DNA of 64,000 nt from Polyangiaceae bacterium (GTDB lineage: Bacteria > Myxococcota_A > Polyangia > Polyangiales > Polyangiaceae): assembly GCA_044376115.1 (NCBI GenBank), contig JBILLK010000004.1, positions 384,001-448,000 on the forward strand. The letters are read 5' to 3'. The translations under genes and the position numbers were made by a program. Positions 49,288 to 58,763 of the stretch are shown here, one piece after another. The notes under the pieces were generated by a model that saw only the letters and a list, made by a program, of their open reading frames with translations, had not been told where the DNA came from and made no database searches. The number at the start of each line of letters is the position of its first letter. Positions within the stretch are counted from its first letter, which is position 1.

Positions 49288-50514
49288 ATGAAGCCGAGTG
49301 CAATTGTAGGCGTGGGTGCGCTCTTGCTCGTGGGGATCGCGCTCTCGGCTGTGGCCGTACGCGGGCTTTCGTTGCGGCAGCGCCACCAGTCGCTCACCGC
49401 CGAACTGCAACGACGCGTCGCTGAACACGCCAGCGTCCACGCACGTTGGGCGCCCAAACCGCTACGAGGCGAGTCCCACGAGGGCGACATGCTCGCGGAG
49501 CAGCTGCAGGTGGCGGACCAGCTCAAGCCGAAGCAAGGCCTGTTCGCCCAGAAGGATCCGGGGTGCGCGGGCGGTGAGGAAGAACGCACCTTCTTGCAAA
49601 CGCACGCCGCGCAGCTGGGCACCTTGAGGCAAGCGGCGCGTGCCTCCAGCGCGGATACCCCGCTGCCAACAGAGTACACGCTGGATGGGCCGGCCAGCCT
49701 ACCGCTAGTGCGCGTGCATCAGGTGTTGATCGCCGCCGCAGCCCTTGCAAGAGCGGCCGATTGTCTCGCCATCACCGCCGACGCGATCCGCCTCGCCCAA
49801 GCGGTGGTACCGGGTGCGGGTTTGGACGGGACGCAGCAGGCCAGCGTCAGCATCAACCGCGCGCTCATCGCGATGAGTCACTGCGCGCGCCGCGCTTCGC
49901 GCAGTGAACTCGTTCAAGCCGGTCAGGAGCTAAGCTCGCTGCTCGAGAGCCACCCTTCCCTCGCCCGCGGCGACGGCTTGGAACGCGAACACCTCGAGAG
50001 CGCCGGCCGCTTCTTGTCCTACGCGCGCTTCGACTGGTTGCTACCAACGAACCGGCTCGAGTACGAGGAGTTCATGATCGGCGGGCAACTCAACGACGCT
50101 GCGCAGTGGTTCCTCGACCAGCAAGAGCAAGCGCGCGAGATAGGAAAGAGCGGCTACCCGAAAGCGGCCGAGCTCATTCGCGGTCTCGCGCAGAAGCAAG
50201 CCGCAACCAACAACCCGCTGCTCATGATCGCCGAACAGAGCGAGGCCGCGAGCGTACGCGACCAAACCGCGCTCGCGCGCATGCGCATCACCAGCCACTG
50301 GCTCAAGCTGCTGACTTCGAACGAACCACGCGCGGAGGCCGCCAAGGTCGCAAGCCTCGAAGACCCGTACAGCGGCCTTCCGCTGCGCGCCGATCACAAC
50401 GCAGAGTCCGGCGTTCGGGTGTGGTCGGTAGGCCCGAACGGGCAAGACGATGCGGGCGCTGGAGACGACATCGCCGTAACAGAACGCAGCGCGGATCCTT
50501 GCTCCGCGAAGTGA
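49288..50514 (+). CDS. Membrane-anchored protein with GspG-like C-terminal motif
   Basis: N-terminal TM; DPYSG...VWSVGPNGQDDAGAGDDI. Confidence 0.65.
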   Translation: MKPSAIVGVGALLLVGIALSAVAVRGLSLRQRHQSLTAELQRRVAEHASVHARWAPKPLRGESHEGDMLAEQLQVADQLKPKQGLFAQKDPGCAGGEEERTFLQTHAAQLGTLRQAARASSADTPLPTEYTLDGPASLPLVRVHQVLIAAAALARAADCLAITADAIRLAQAVVPGAGLDGTQQASVSINRALIAMSHCARRASRSELVQAGQELSSLLESHPSLARGDGLEREHLESAGRFLSYARFDWLLPTNRLEYEEFMIGGQLNDAAQWFLDQQEQAREIGKSGYPKAAELIRGLAQKQAATNNPLLMIAEQSEAASVRDQTALARMRITSHWLKLLTSNEPRAEAAKVASLEDPYSGLPLRADHNAESGVRVWSVGPNGQDDAGAGDDIAVTERSADPCSAK

Positions 50515-50528
50515 CGCCGTAGCGTTCA

Positions 50529-50567
50529 TTCACATCGTTTTCACACACTGTTAGCCGAGGTTTCAGC
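50529..50567 (+). promoter_or_regulatory. 11-bp-periodic direct repeats (Pho-box/OmpR-type)
   Basis: TTCACA 50529, TTCACA 50540, TTAGCC 50551, TTCAGC 50562. Confidence 0.5.
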
Positions 50568-50632
50568 CGCCATTGGTCTGAACCCGAGATCGCTCCTTCA
50601 AGCTGCTCGAGTCAGCACCCAAGGAGATCTCA

Positions 50633-51313
50633 ATGCGTATCGTTTCGCTCAATGTCGCTCAGTTTGCCGGTAGAAGCGCCATCATCCCGCTCGCTCGACT
50701 TCGCGCTCCCCAGATCGCACCCAGAATCGGCGCGCTTTTGGCGGCAGAAAAGCCCGACGTGGTCGCGCTGCAAGAAGCGCCAGCCAAGCTCGGCGACTTT
50801 GATCCAGTGACCGACCTCTTGGGACCAAGCCCCGTGCACGTGGTGCGCGCGCCTGGCCCACGCCACGGCCCAGCGCTGCTCACGCGGCACCCGCTGCGGC
50901 TCCCCAACGCCCAACACTTCAAGCCCGATTCGCTCAACGGCAAAGGCTGGGCCCTGGGCGAACTCCAAACCAAAGCTGGCCGCGTTTTGGTCGTTTCGCT
51001 GCACCTCGCCACGCTCTCGCCAGCGTCGCGACAGCGTCAGATCGAGCGCCTCGGAACAGAACTCGATGCCTACGATGGTCTCAAGGTCGTGGTCGGCGAT
51101 GTCAATAGCGGTGGTCGGGCACCGCTTCAGCTCGCCGAGCGACTCAACCTGGTACCCTATTCAGCCGGCGCGACCTTCCCCTCCTCAGCCCCCAGCATGC
51201 GACTCGACTGGGCCTTCACCTCTGCAGAAATCACGGTTCGTTCGCTGGTTTCGCTCTCGCACCTGCCCTCCGACCACTGCGCGCTGCGGCTTGATTTGCT
51301 GCTACCGAACTGA
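50633..51313 (+). CDS. Endonuclease/exonuclease/phosphatase (EEP) family protein
   Basis: IVSLNV, DVVALQE, SLHL, VGDVN, LDW, PSDH; SD AAGGAG. Confidence 0.92.
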   Translation: MRIVSLNVAQFAGRSAIIPLARLRAPQIAPRIGALLAAEKPDVVALQEAPAKLGDFDPVTDLLGPSPVHVVRAPGPRHGPALLTRHPLRLPNAQHFKPDSLNGKGWALGELQTKAGRVLVVSLHLATLSPASRQRQIERLGTELDAYDGLKVVVGDVNSGGRAPLQLAERLNLVPYSAGATFPSSAPSMRLDWAFTSAEITVRSLVSLSHLPSDHCALRLDLLLPN

Positions 51314-51317
51314 CCGC

Positions 51318-51617
51318 CTAGGAAGCTCGCGCCAACAAGGTCGCCGCGGCAGCGCTCGCTTGCTCGCCGGTCAGGCCGAAGCAGTCGACGATGAGCCCGC
51401 GCAATTGCGGTTCGTCCTTGGCTGCCACCGCGCCGCGCATACTCATCGCCTTCTGCACGAACTCAGGCCCTTCAGCCATGCGCGCGGAGAAAATCGCCGT
51501 CGCGCTCCGAGCCGCGACTAGCTCGAGGCCTAGCAGCTGCGAGAGGACCTCCGCCGCTCGCTCGGCGTCACCGCCCATGACTGCCCCGGCGAAATCTCGA
51601 AACGTAAGTTCACTCAT
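51318..51617 (-). CDS. Hypothetical protein
   Basis: ATG overlaps the end of the VOC gene; GC3-biased codons. Confidence 0.7.
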   Translation of the reverse strand: MSELTFRDFAGAVMGGDAERAAEVLSQLLGLELVAARSATAIFSARMAEGPEFVQKAMSMRGAVAAKDEPQLRGLIVDCFGLTGEQASAAAATLLARAS

Positions 51618-51987
51618 GCCGTACCGCCTCCAAGCGGTGCCCATCCGGGTCTCGAATGAACGCCGCATAATAGCCAGAGTCGTAGTGCGCGCGTATCCCT
51701 GGCGCGCCCTCGTCGGTACCGCCAGCCATCAGCGCCGCAGCGTAGAATCCGTCCACTGCAGCACGCGTCGGCGCGGCGAAAGCAAGGTGAAGACCGTCCT
51801 CGGGCTGAATTGGGCCAGCCTGCTGGATGACAGCGAAGGGCGCTTCACCGCTGAAGCCAGGCGGCCCATAGCCTGCCGCGCGCGCCGTTCGGAACAGGCG
51901 CACGAACCCGAGCGGCGCGAGACACGCATCGTAAAAGGTGATCGCCCGCTCGAGTTCCGCAACCCCCAGCGAAAGATGGTCGAACAT
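51610..51987 (-). CDS. VOC/glyoxalase family protein
   Basis: MFDHLSLGV, HLAFAA, YYAAFIRDPDGHRLEAV. Confidence 0.93.
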   Translation of the reverse strand: MFDHLSLGVAELERAITFYDACLAPLGFVRLFRTARAAGYGPPGFSGEAPFAVIQQAGPIQPEDGLHLAFAAPTRAAVDGFYAAALMAGGTDEGAPGIRAHYDSGYYAAFIRDPDGHRLEAVRHE

Positions 51988-51997
51988 CGGTCGGCTG

Positions 51998-52615
51998 TTA
52001 GCCTAACTCGGCTCGGATGGATGCCACAGCGGCGGCGCCCGCCTGAAAGCACGAGGGCGCGGTTTCGCGATCGATCCCGCCCAGCGCAATCACCTTGGTC
52101 GCGGCGCCAGGTGGTTCAGCTGCAGTAAGCCGCGCCACCAGCGCCGAGATTGCAGCGACGCCTAGTGGTAGACCTTTGCCGGGGCTCGCGAAGATCGGCG
52201 AAAGAAAGACCGAATCGGGCCGACCTTGCGCGCCAATCAGCGGGCCACTCACGCGCGACAAAGCCTCCTCCACCGAATGGCAGGCCACGTTGACCCAAGC
52301 TCGCGGCGCCTCCTTCCGTGCACGAGCGACCGCGTCGAGCGCAACGGTGCTCACTAGATGGACGCCGTCGAGGTCGAGCTCGCTCGCCAGCCCAACGTCA
52401 TCGGCGATCCACACCGAGTGGCCTAGCGGTCGAGCGACCGCGGTGAGCCTGAGCGCAAGCGCGCGGCGCTGTTCACGCGGCAGGCCCTTATCGCGAACCA
52501 GCACGACCACCGGCTCGCGAGCGCGCTGCACGCGCAGCACGAGCTCATCCTCGGCGATTTGGCCCAGGTCGCTCACCAGCACATAGCGTGGAAGCGCCGC
52601 TCCGGAAGCAGTCAC
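51998..52615 (-). CDS. thiE: Thiamine phosphate synthase (ThiE/TenI family)
   Basis: VRDK, DGVHL, ACHS, SPIFASPGK, ALGGI; near thiG. Confidence 0.75.
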   Translation of the reverse strand: MTASGAALPRYVLVSDLGQIAEDELVLRVQRAREPVVVLVRDKGLPREQRRALALRLTAVARPLGHSVWIADDVGLASELDLDGVHLVSTVALDAVARARKEAPRAWVNVACHSVEEALSRVSGPLIGAQGRPDSVFLSPIFASPGKGLPLGVAAISALVARLTAAEPPGAATKVIALGGIDRETAPSCFQAGAAAVASIRAELG

Positions 52616-52986
52616 GGGGCTTTGGCTGAAGCGCCCGGCGCGGCCGAAGCGCTCGCTTTTGCGCTAGGCACGCTGGGCGTGGTGACACTTGAAGAAGGGC
52701 TCGCGCTCGCCGCGGCACTGGCTTGAGCTGCCTCGCAACCGCCAGCCCCGAGTTCGCTAAGCGTAACGTCGGCCTCGGCTGCAAACCGGCTCTTCGGATA
52801 ACGCGCGCACACGAAGCGCAAGGTGCGCAAACGAGCCTCGCTGTCTCCGTCTTTGTCGAATTCTGCGGCCAACAGCATCAGCGCTTCGGCCGGTGCGTCC
52901 TCGCGCGCAAGCGACGGAGCGGGCTCGCTTGCGCACTGAAAGGGCGCAAGCCCAAGCACCAAACAACCGGCCGCGAGCAGCTTCAC
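52612..52986 (-). CDS. Hypothetical lipoprotein with TPR-like helix pair
   Basis: Signal [18 protein letters not shown] overlaps at both ends. Confidence 0.7.
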   Translation of the reverse strand: MKLLAAGCLVLGLAPFQCASEPAPSLAREDAPAEALMLLAAEFDKDGDSEARLRTLRFVCARYPKSRFAAEADVTLSELGAGGCEAAQASAAASASPSSSVTTPSVPSAKASASAAPGASAKAP

Positions 52987-53798
52987 GAAGAGGACCCGAT
53001 CAGCTGTGAGAGCGGGCTCGAGGCGGTGGCGTACAGCTTGGTCGGCATGCGGCCAGCCTCGAAAGCAAGCCGGCCAGCCTCAACGCCCGCACGCATCGCG
53101 CGCGCCATTTTGATCGGGTCTTTGGCGCCAGCGATGGCGGTGTTCATCAACACGCCGTCGGCGCCGAGTTCCATCGCACGCGCTGCGTCACTCGCCGTTC
53201 CGACGCCGGCGTCCACGATCAGCGGCAACTGGATCTGCTCACGGATGATCATCAAGTTGTACGGGTTGCGGATGCCCAGCCCACTGCCGATCGGCGCCGC
53301 CAACGGCATCACCGCAGCGCAGCCAACGTCGCGCAGCTTCTTGCAAACGATCGGATCGTCGATGCAATACGGCAGCACCACGAAGCCCTCTTTGACCAGC
53401 TCGCGGGCTGCATCCACCGTGGCCTCGTTGTCCGGAAAGAGCGTAGCCTCATCCCCGATTACCTCGAGCTTCACGAGCGGTGTATCGAGCAACTCGCGCG
53501 ATAGCCGCGCGGTGCGTAACGCCTCTTCGCGGGTGTAGCAGCCGGCCGTGTTCGGCAAGATGGTGACGCCGAGTCGGGCCAACATCGCGTGGAGCGAGCC
53601 TTCTCCGCGGGTCTTCAGATCCACGCGGCGCAAAGCCACGGTCACGACGCTCGCGCCCGAAGCGGTGATGGCGGCCTCGGCCTCCGCCATGTCTTTGTAC
53701 TTGCCCGTCCCTACGAACAGCCGCGAGGAAAAGCGGAACGGCCCGATCGAAAGCTCAGAGGACTGCGGGGCGAGCTCGGCTTGCGTGGCGTCTACCAT
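52983..53798 (-). CDS. thiG: Thiazole synthase
   Basis: [40 protein letters not shown]. Confidence 0.97.
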   Translation of the reverse strand: MVDATQAELAPQSSELSIGPFRFSSRLFVGTGKYKDMAEAEAAITASGASVVTVALRRVDLKTRGEGSLHAMLARLGVTILPNTAGCYTREEALRTARLSRELLDTPLVKLEVIGDEATLFPDNEATVDAARELVKEGFVVLPYCIDDPIVCKKLRDVGCAAVMPLAAPIGSGLGIRNPYNLMIIREQIQLPLIVDAGVGTASDAARAMELGADGVLMNTAIAGAKDPIKMARAMRAGVEAGRLAFEAGRMPTKLYATASSPLSQLIGSSS

Positions 53799-53861
53799 GC
53801 CTACCAACTAGTGGGGTGATGAGCCGGAGACAAGTTGCCCGAACGAAGCTACCATTGCCGC

Positions 53862-54458
53862 ATGCGTCTCCGGCCCTTGCTTGCTGCTTCGCTCCTCGGA
53901 CTTTCCGCCTTTGCGCTCACGCCTGATAGCTCGCTTGACCTGGAGGTGCGATCGGCCCACGCGACCATCGCCCTCTTGATGACCACCGAAGAGCTGGTCA
54001 CGGTGTCCAGGCGCGTGGTGGTCGCGACGCCGGTGGAACGGGTTTCCAAATGGGAGAAGGTCGCAGGATCCAACCGCATCGTGACCTACACGCGCCTCGA
54101 GGTGGAGGACTCGATTGTGGGCAGTTCGGAGTCCAGCGTCTGGGTTCGAACGCTGGGCGGTAAGGTCGACAAGATCGGGCAGTCGGTCGCAGGCGAGGCC
54201 GAGTTCAAGATCGGTGAGCCTGCCGTCGTGTTCCTCGCGCCCGTGGAGGAAACGTTGGTCGTCGTTGGTATGGCGCAGGGTCATTTCCCTGTCGCCGAGG
54301 TCGAGGGGGAACGCGTGCTGCGGTCGAGCCCTGACGTTGGCACCTTGGTGCGCAAAAAGGGAGACAAGCGGCGTTCGGCCCGTGAGGATCTGCTGGGCGT
54401 AAAGCTCGCAGCCGCAAAGACGAAGATCCTCGAGGTCGCTAAGGCTGCTGGAAAGTGA
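53862..54458 (+). CDS. Secreted hypothetical protein (peptidase pro-domain-like)
   Basis: Signal peptide; VRTLGGKV...GEAEF..GE..VVFL; coupled to the peptidase gene. Confidence 0.7.
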   Translation: MRLRPLLAASLLGLSAFALTPDSSLDLEVRSAHATIALLMTTEELVTVSRRVVVATPVERVSKWEKVAGSNRIVTYTRLEVEDSIVGSSESSVWVRTLGGKVDKIGQSVAGEAEFKIGEPAVVFLAPVEETLVVVGMAQGHFPVAEVEGERVLRSSPDVGTLVRKKGDKRRSAREDLLGVKLAAAKTKILEVAKAAGK

Positions 54459-55348
54459 GCCGGCCAGCGAGCGGCTGGGCTCAGTGGGGCGCGGCGGCCG
54501 TGTTAGCGCTGGGGCCTGCCGATGTTGCGCTCGCCTATTGTCGGACGGCCGCTTGTGAAGACGGTGTGGGGGCTCAGTGTGAGCCGGCGCAGGAAAGCGA
54601 CTGCGGTAAGCCCATCTTCTGGCCGAGCTCTTGCGTTGGCTACGTGTTGCAAGAGGACGCCTCCAGCCAAATCGATCTCGAAGCTGCGCGCCCGTTGGTC
54701 AAACAGGCCTTCGACGCGTGGGTGCTTGCGGACTGCGGCGGCGATCGCCCAGCGGTAAGCACTGAAGACTTGGGCGACGTAACATGCTCCGAAATTGGCT
54801 ACGACCCGGAGACGAAGAACGCCAACATCATCATCTTTCGCGATGAGAGCTGGCCTTACGGAGGCAACGCGACGCTCGCGCTGACCACCGTCACATACGC
54901 CGTCGATTCCGGAGAAATCCGCGACGCAGACCTGGAGATCAACTCTGACCAGGTGACCTTCAGCACTAGCGAAGACTCGGTGAGCGTCGACTTTCTGAGC
55001 ATTATGACGCACGAGGCCGGCCACATTCTGGGGCTGGCGCACTCCCCCTCCCCGGGCGCGACGATGGTGGTCGAATACCCTCCCGAGTCGGTCACGTTGC
55101 GCACCCTCGAGGCCGACGACGTGGCTGGGATCTGCGCGGTCTACCCACCGGGCACTGAGGCCGTTTGCGACAGCAGCCCGGTCAACGGCCTCAGCGACGA
55201 TTGCGCCGAGCCCGCCGAGGTCGAAGCCGAAGGCTGCACGTGCAACAGCTCGCAGCGCTCATCCTCGCTGCCGGTCGGCGGGCTTATGCTCGCTCTTGCC
55301 GCAGGCCTGCGGCGGGTTCGGCGCAGCGCGGCTGGCGCGCGAAGTTAG
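54455..55348 (+). CDS. Matrixin (M10) metallopeptidase with MYXO-CTERM-like tail
   Basis: HEAGHILGLAHS, ATM Met-turn, DDVAGI..VY; GCTC...hydrophobic...RRVRR tail. Confidence 0.9.
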   Translation: MSRPASGWAQWGAAAVLALGPADVALAYCRTAACEDGVGAQCEPAQESDCGKPIFWPSSCVGYVLQEDASSQIDLEAARPLVKQAFDAWVLADCGGDRPAVSTEDLGDVTCSEIGYDPETKNANIIIFRDESWPYGGNATLALTTVTYAVDSGEIRDADLEINSDQVTFSTSEDSVSVDFLSIMTHEAGHILGLAHSPSPGATMVVEYPPESVTLRTLEADDVAGICAVYPPGTEAVCDSSPVNGLSDDCAEPAEVEAEGCTCNSSQRSSSLPVGGLMLALAAGLRRVRRSAAGARS

Positions 55349-55349
55349 G

Positions 55350-55697
55350 TCAAGGCGCCTGGAGCGCGCGCAGCCACGCCAGAAGCGGCGCAAGCTCCCA
55401 GTCTTTTTCGAAGATCGGCCCCAACGTCTCGGCGTCTTGCGACTGCGCTGCTTGCGGGTTGGACGTCAAGAACGCGACGGGTAGCCGTGGGTGATTTTGA
55501 CGCACGCGACGGGCGAGCTCCACCCCCGATTCTTCGCCGAGTTCGACGTCGAGGATGGCCGCCACAACAGTGGTGCAGTCGAACGCGAGGGCCTCAGCGA
55601 CGCTCCCGACCGCCGCTGTATCGAACCCGTGCTGGCGCAATAGGCCGCCCATTCGGACCCGGACATACTGAGAGTCGTCAGCCAACAGCAGGCGCAC
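55350..55697 (-). CDS. Single-domain response regulator
   Basis: LLADD, ILDVEL, FLT and K receiver motifs. Confidence 0.85.
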   Translation of the reverse strand: MRLLLADDSQYVRVRMGGLLRQHGFDTAAVGSVAEALAFDCTTVVAAILDVELGEESGVELARRVRQNHPRLPVAFLTSNPQAAQSQDAETLGPIFEKDWELAPLLAWLRALQAP

Positions 55698-55782
55698 GGA
55701 CCCGATGCTGCACTAGCCGTGCCACCGCTTGTTCAAAAAAAAGCGGCCCAAACACGAGCCGAAAACGAGTAAGAACGTGCGC

Positions 55783-56829
55783 ATGCGAGAGTCGACCACA
55801 GGGCCGGGAAGTAGCGTTTCAACCGCCGATGTTGCTTTGCGAGGTGACGTCGACCTCGGGGTGCCTCGCTACGATTGGAAGCTCGCAGAGGCAAAGGCCC
55901 TTCACGAGCTACCCCTGTTCGAGCTGCTGGATCTCGCCCGCGCCGTGCATCGCAGGACCTTCCGCGACGGCGAGGTGCAGCTTTGCACGTTGCTTTCGGT
56001 GAAGACGGGCGGCTGCCCGGAGGATTGCGCGTACTGCCCGCAGTCGAGCCACCATGAAACCGCGGTCGAGGCTGAAAAGATGCTCGACGAGAAGGCGGTG
56101 ATCGAGGCCGCACAGCGCGCAAAGGCTGCAGGTTCTACGCGGTTTTGCATGGGCGCGGCCTGGCGTGAGGTGAAAGACGGCCCCGTATTCGACCGCGTGA
56201 TCAACATGGTCAAGGGCGTCAAAGAGCTCGGGCTCGAGGCCTGCTGCACGCTCGGCATGTTGAACGCGGATCAAGCGCGACGCCTCAAAGAGGCGGGCCT
56301 GGACGCCTACAATCACAACCTCGACACCTCGAGGGACGCCTACCGGTCGATCATCACCACGCGCACGTACGACGAACGCCTCGCCACGCTGCGCAACGTT
56401 CGTGAGGCGGGAATCACCGTATGCTCCGGTGGCATCATCGGCATGGGGGAGTCGGTCGCCGACCGCTGTCACATGTTGATCGAGCTTGCGCGGATGAACC
56501 CGCACCCCGAGAGCGTGCCGATCAACGCCCTGGTGCGGGTCGCAGGCACGCCCTTGGCCGAGCTGCCCCCGCTCGACCCGATCGAGTTCATTCGCATGGT
56601 GGCGTTGGCCCGTTTGATGATGCCGCAATCGATGGTTCGGCTCTCGGCCGGCCGCACCGAGATGACCCGTGAGACGCAGCTTTTGGCGATGTATGCCGGC
56701 GCAAACTCGATTTTCTTTGGGGACCGGCTGCTCACCACCGACAACCCCGGCAAAGATGAAGACCAGGAGATGATCCGCGCCGCTGGTCTGTCTTGCCAGA
56801 AGCCAGCACCAGCCACCCCAGCCGTCTAA
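55783..56829 (+). CDS. bioB: Biotin synthase
   Basis: [34 protein letters not shown]. Confidence 0.97.
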   Translation: MRESTTGPGSSVSTADVALRGDVDLGVPRYDWKLAEAKALHELPLFELLDLARAVHRRTFRDGEVQLCTLLSVKTGGCPEDCAYCPQSSHHETAVEAEKMLDEKAVIEAAQRAKAAGSTRFCMGAAWREVKDGPVFDRVINMVKGVKELGLEACCTLGMLNADQARRLKEAGLDAYNHNLDTSRDAYRSIITTRTYDERLATLRNVREAGITVCSGGIIGMGESVADRCHMLIELARMNPHPESVPINALVRVAGTPLAELPPLDPIEFIRMVALARLMMPQSMVRLSAGRTEMTRETQLLAMYAGANSIFFGDRLLTTDNPGKDEDQEMIRAAGLSCQKPAPATPAV

Positions 56830-56891
56830 CTGCGCCCCAGCGCCCTCGTCAGGGGGTGGTTTCGGCCTGTACGTCGTGTAAGTTGCAGCAA

Positions 56892-57941
56892 GTGCAGACC
56901 CCGTACGCGTCAGAGCCATTCCTCCATCAGCTTTTGACGAAGGCGCTCGCCGCCAACGCCAGCGACATTCACGTAAAGGTGGGCCAACCGCCGGGTGCTC
57001 GCGTGCGTGGCGACATGGTCTACTTCCGGGTGGACAAGGTGAAGCCCGAGGACACCAACGCCCTCGCGCGCATCCTGCTCGCCCCACGCGGCGTGGACGA
57101 CGTCGGGACCATCAAAGAGTTCGACACGAGCTATTCGGCCCCGGGGATCGGGCGCTTTCGCGTCAACGTTTACAGGCAGCGCGGGGCCCTGAGCGTGGTG
57201 ATGCGGACCATCCCGATCAAGATCCCGACGATCGAAGAGATGGGCCTACCACCGCCGGTGAAGGCGCTCGCGGAGATGGAACGCGGCCTCGTGCTGTGCG
57301 TAGGCGCCACCGGCAGCGGTAAGACCACGACGCTCGCGTCGATGATCAATCACATCAACCTGAATCTGCCGCGACACATCGTCACCATCGAGGACCCGAT
57401 CGAGTTCCTCCACAACGACAGTCGCTCCGGCGTGAGCCAACGGGAGATCGGCATCGACACCGATAGCTTCGCCTCTGCTTTGCGAGCGGCGCTCCGTCAG
57501 GATCCCGACGTGATTTTGGTGGGCGAAATTCGTGATGCGGAGACGCTCGAGATCGCCATGCAAGCCGCAGAGACGGGCCACTTGGTGCTCTCCACCATGC
57601 ACACGCCCGACGTATCCCGGACCGTGCACCGCATGATGTCCCTCGCCAAGAACCCCGGGGATCTCCGAGACCGACTCGGCGACGCACTGCAGGGCATTCT
57701 CGCCCAACGCTTGATCCCCAAACGGGACGGCACGGGCCTACAGTTGGTTCAGGAGATCTTGATCGCCAGCGGCACCGCTCGCGAGGCGATCAAGAAGCCC
57801 GAGCAAAACGTGCCGCTCAAAGACGTGATGGAGAAAGGTGTCGTGCCGTACGGCATGCAAACCTTCGAGATGCACCTCAAGGCGCTCGCTCAAGCCGGCG
57901 TGATCAGCAAGGAGTACGCACGGCAAGGGCCAGGCTTCTGA
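56892..57941 (+). CDS. pilT: PilT/PilU-family ATPase paralog
   Basis: ASDIH, RFRVN, GATGSGKTTT, TIEDPIE, LRQDPDVILVGEIRD, GMQTF. Confidence 0.88.
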   Translation: MQTPYASEPFLHQLLTKALAANASDIHVKVGQPPGARVRGDMVYFRVDKVKPEDTNALARILLAPRGVDDVGTIKEFDTSYSAPGIGRFRVNVYRQRGALSVVMRTIPIKIPTIEEMGLPPPVKALAEMERGLVLCVGATGSGKTTTLASMINHINLNLPRHIVTIEDPIEFLHNDSRSGVSQREIGIDTDSFASALRAALRQDPDVILVGEIRDAETLEIAMQAAETGHLVLSTMHTPDVSRTVHRMMSLAKNPGDLRDRLGDALQGILAQRLIPKRDGTGLQLVQEILIASGTAREAIKKPEQNVPLKDVMEKGVVPYGMQTFEMHLKALAQAGVISKEYARQGPGF

Positions 57942-57942
57942 G

Positions 57943-58173
57943 CTACGGCGGAGCGAGCGCCCTCAGCGCAGCCAGCACCTCCTCCGCTTCGGGGAAGCGG
58001 CCTTCTTTGCTCTTGGAGAAGCAAAGCGCACCGTTGGCTTCGACGTCGAATTGACCTCCCTTCCCCGGCAGCAGCGTTGAATTCAGACCAAGCTCCGACT
58101 TGATTTTTGCGGCGAGACTCGTCGCTTTGGGTTTGTAGCTTCAGGCAACGCAATAACGAATGACGACGTCCAT
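57943..58173 (-). CDS. SelW/SelT/Rdx-family selenoprotein (CxxU; UGA at 58141-58143)
   Basis: Manual translation MDVVIRYCVAUSYKPKATSLAAKIKSELGLNSTLLPGKGGQFDVEANGALCFSKSKEGRFPEAEEVLAALRALAPP; Rdx motifs I.YC..U, G.GG.F.V, FSK...GRFP. Confidence 0.92.
58109..58125 (-). promoter_or_regulatory. Putative bacterial SECIS element
   Basis: GCGACGAGUCUCGCCGC hairpin starting 16 nt after the UGA, with an apical-loop G 23 nt downstream. Confidence 0.7.
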
Positions 58174-58714
58174 GAAGCCCATCGTAGCCCGCGGGCTCAC
58201 GCTTTGTCAGGTGCTGGCCTTCGCGGCTGGCTGCGAAAAGTCTTCCCCACGCGAGAGCTCCCTCCCCGTCCCCACGGCGTCGCAAACCGCGGTCGCCTCC
58301 CCCACGCCGGAGGTTCGCCTCGAGTCGTTGTGGCTGCGAGCGAGCTCCCAAGACCCGCTCGATCTAGCGGCCTTGGCGGAACATGAAGGTGCAGAGGCGC
58401 TCGCCGCGGCCTTGGAGCAGCCCAGCCGCAGTGAGCTCGCACGCGCGGCGCTTCCGCTCGCGCCCGACGTCGACGAGGCCTTTCCGTTGTTGGCCGCGCG
58501 CATCAGCAAGGGTCTCAGCGTGGAGGCCGATCTCGATCTGATGTTGCTGCTCTCGACAAGGCCGCAGAGCTTCGGGGAACGCTTGCAGCCGGAGCTCGAC
58601 GGCATCGTGCTCGATCAGCTCGAGGCGGTCGCAAAGACAGCCAGCGAGCCACGCGTGCGCGCCAAGGCGGAAACGTTGGTCGCTCGTCTCGGCGAGCGTG
58701 GGCTTGCCCGCTAG
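58172..58714 (+). CDS. Hypothetical lipoprotein (start uncertain)
   Basis: MKPIVARGLTLCQVLAFAAGC lipobox; helical body. Confidence 0.65.
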   Translation: MKPIVARGLTLCQVLAFAAGCEKSSPRESSLPVPTASQTAVASPTPEVRLESLWLRASSQDPLDLAALAEHEGAEALAAALEQPSRSELARAALPLAPDVDEAFPLLAARISKGLSVEADLDLMLLLSTRPQSFGERLQPELDGIVLDQLEAVAKTASEPRVRAKAETLVARLGERGLAR

Positions 58715-58763
58715 AAGGTCGTTTCCAGCCGGCTCCTCGGCCGATTGACCTATCATCGCGCGC

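Noticed and set aside
55735..55742. A8 run upstream of bioB as a phase-variation tract
   Set aside because: Short, probably outside the CDS, no evidence of variability; no BirA-type operator recognised either
58141..58143. UGA in the Rdx gene as a pseudogene nonsense mutation
   Set aside because: It falls exactly on the second redox position of CxxC/U, is followed by a SECIS-like hairpin, and the rest of the frame is intact
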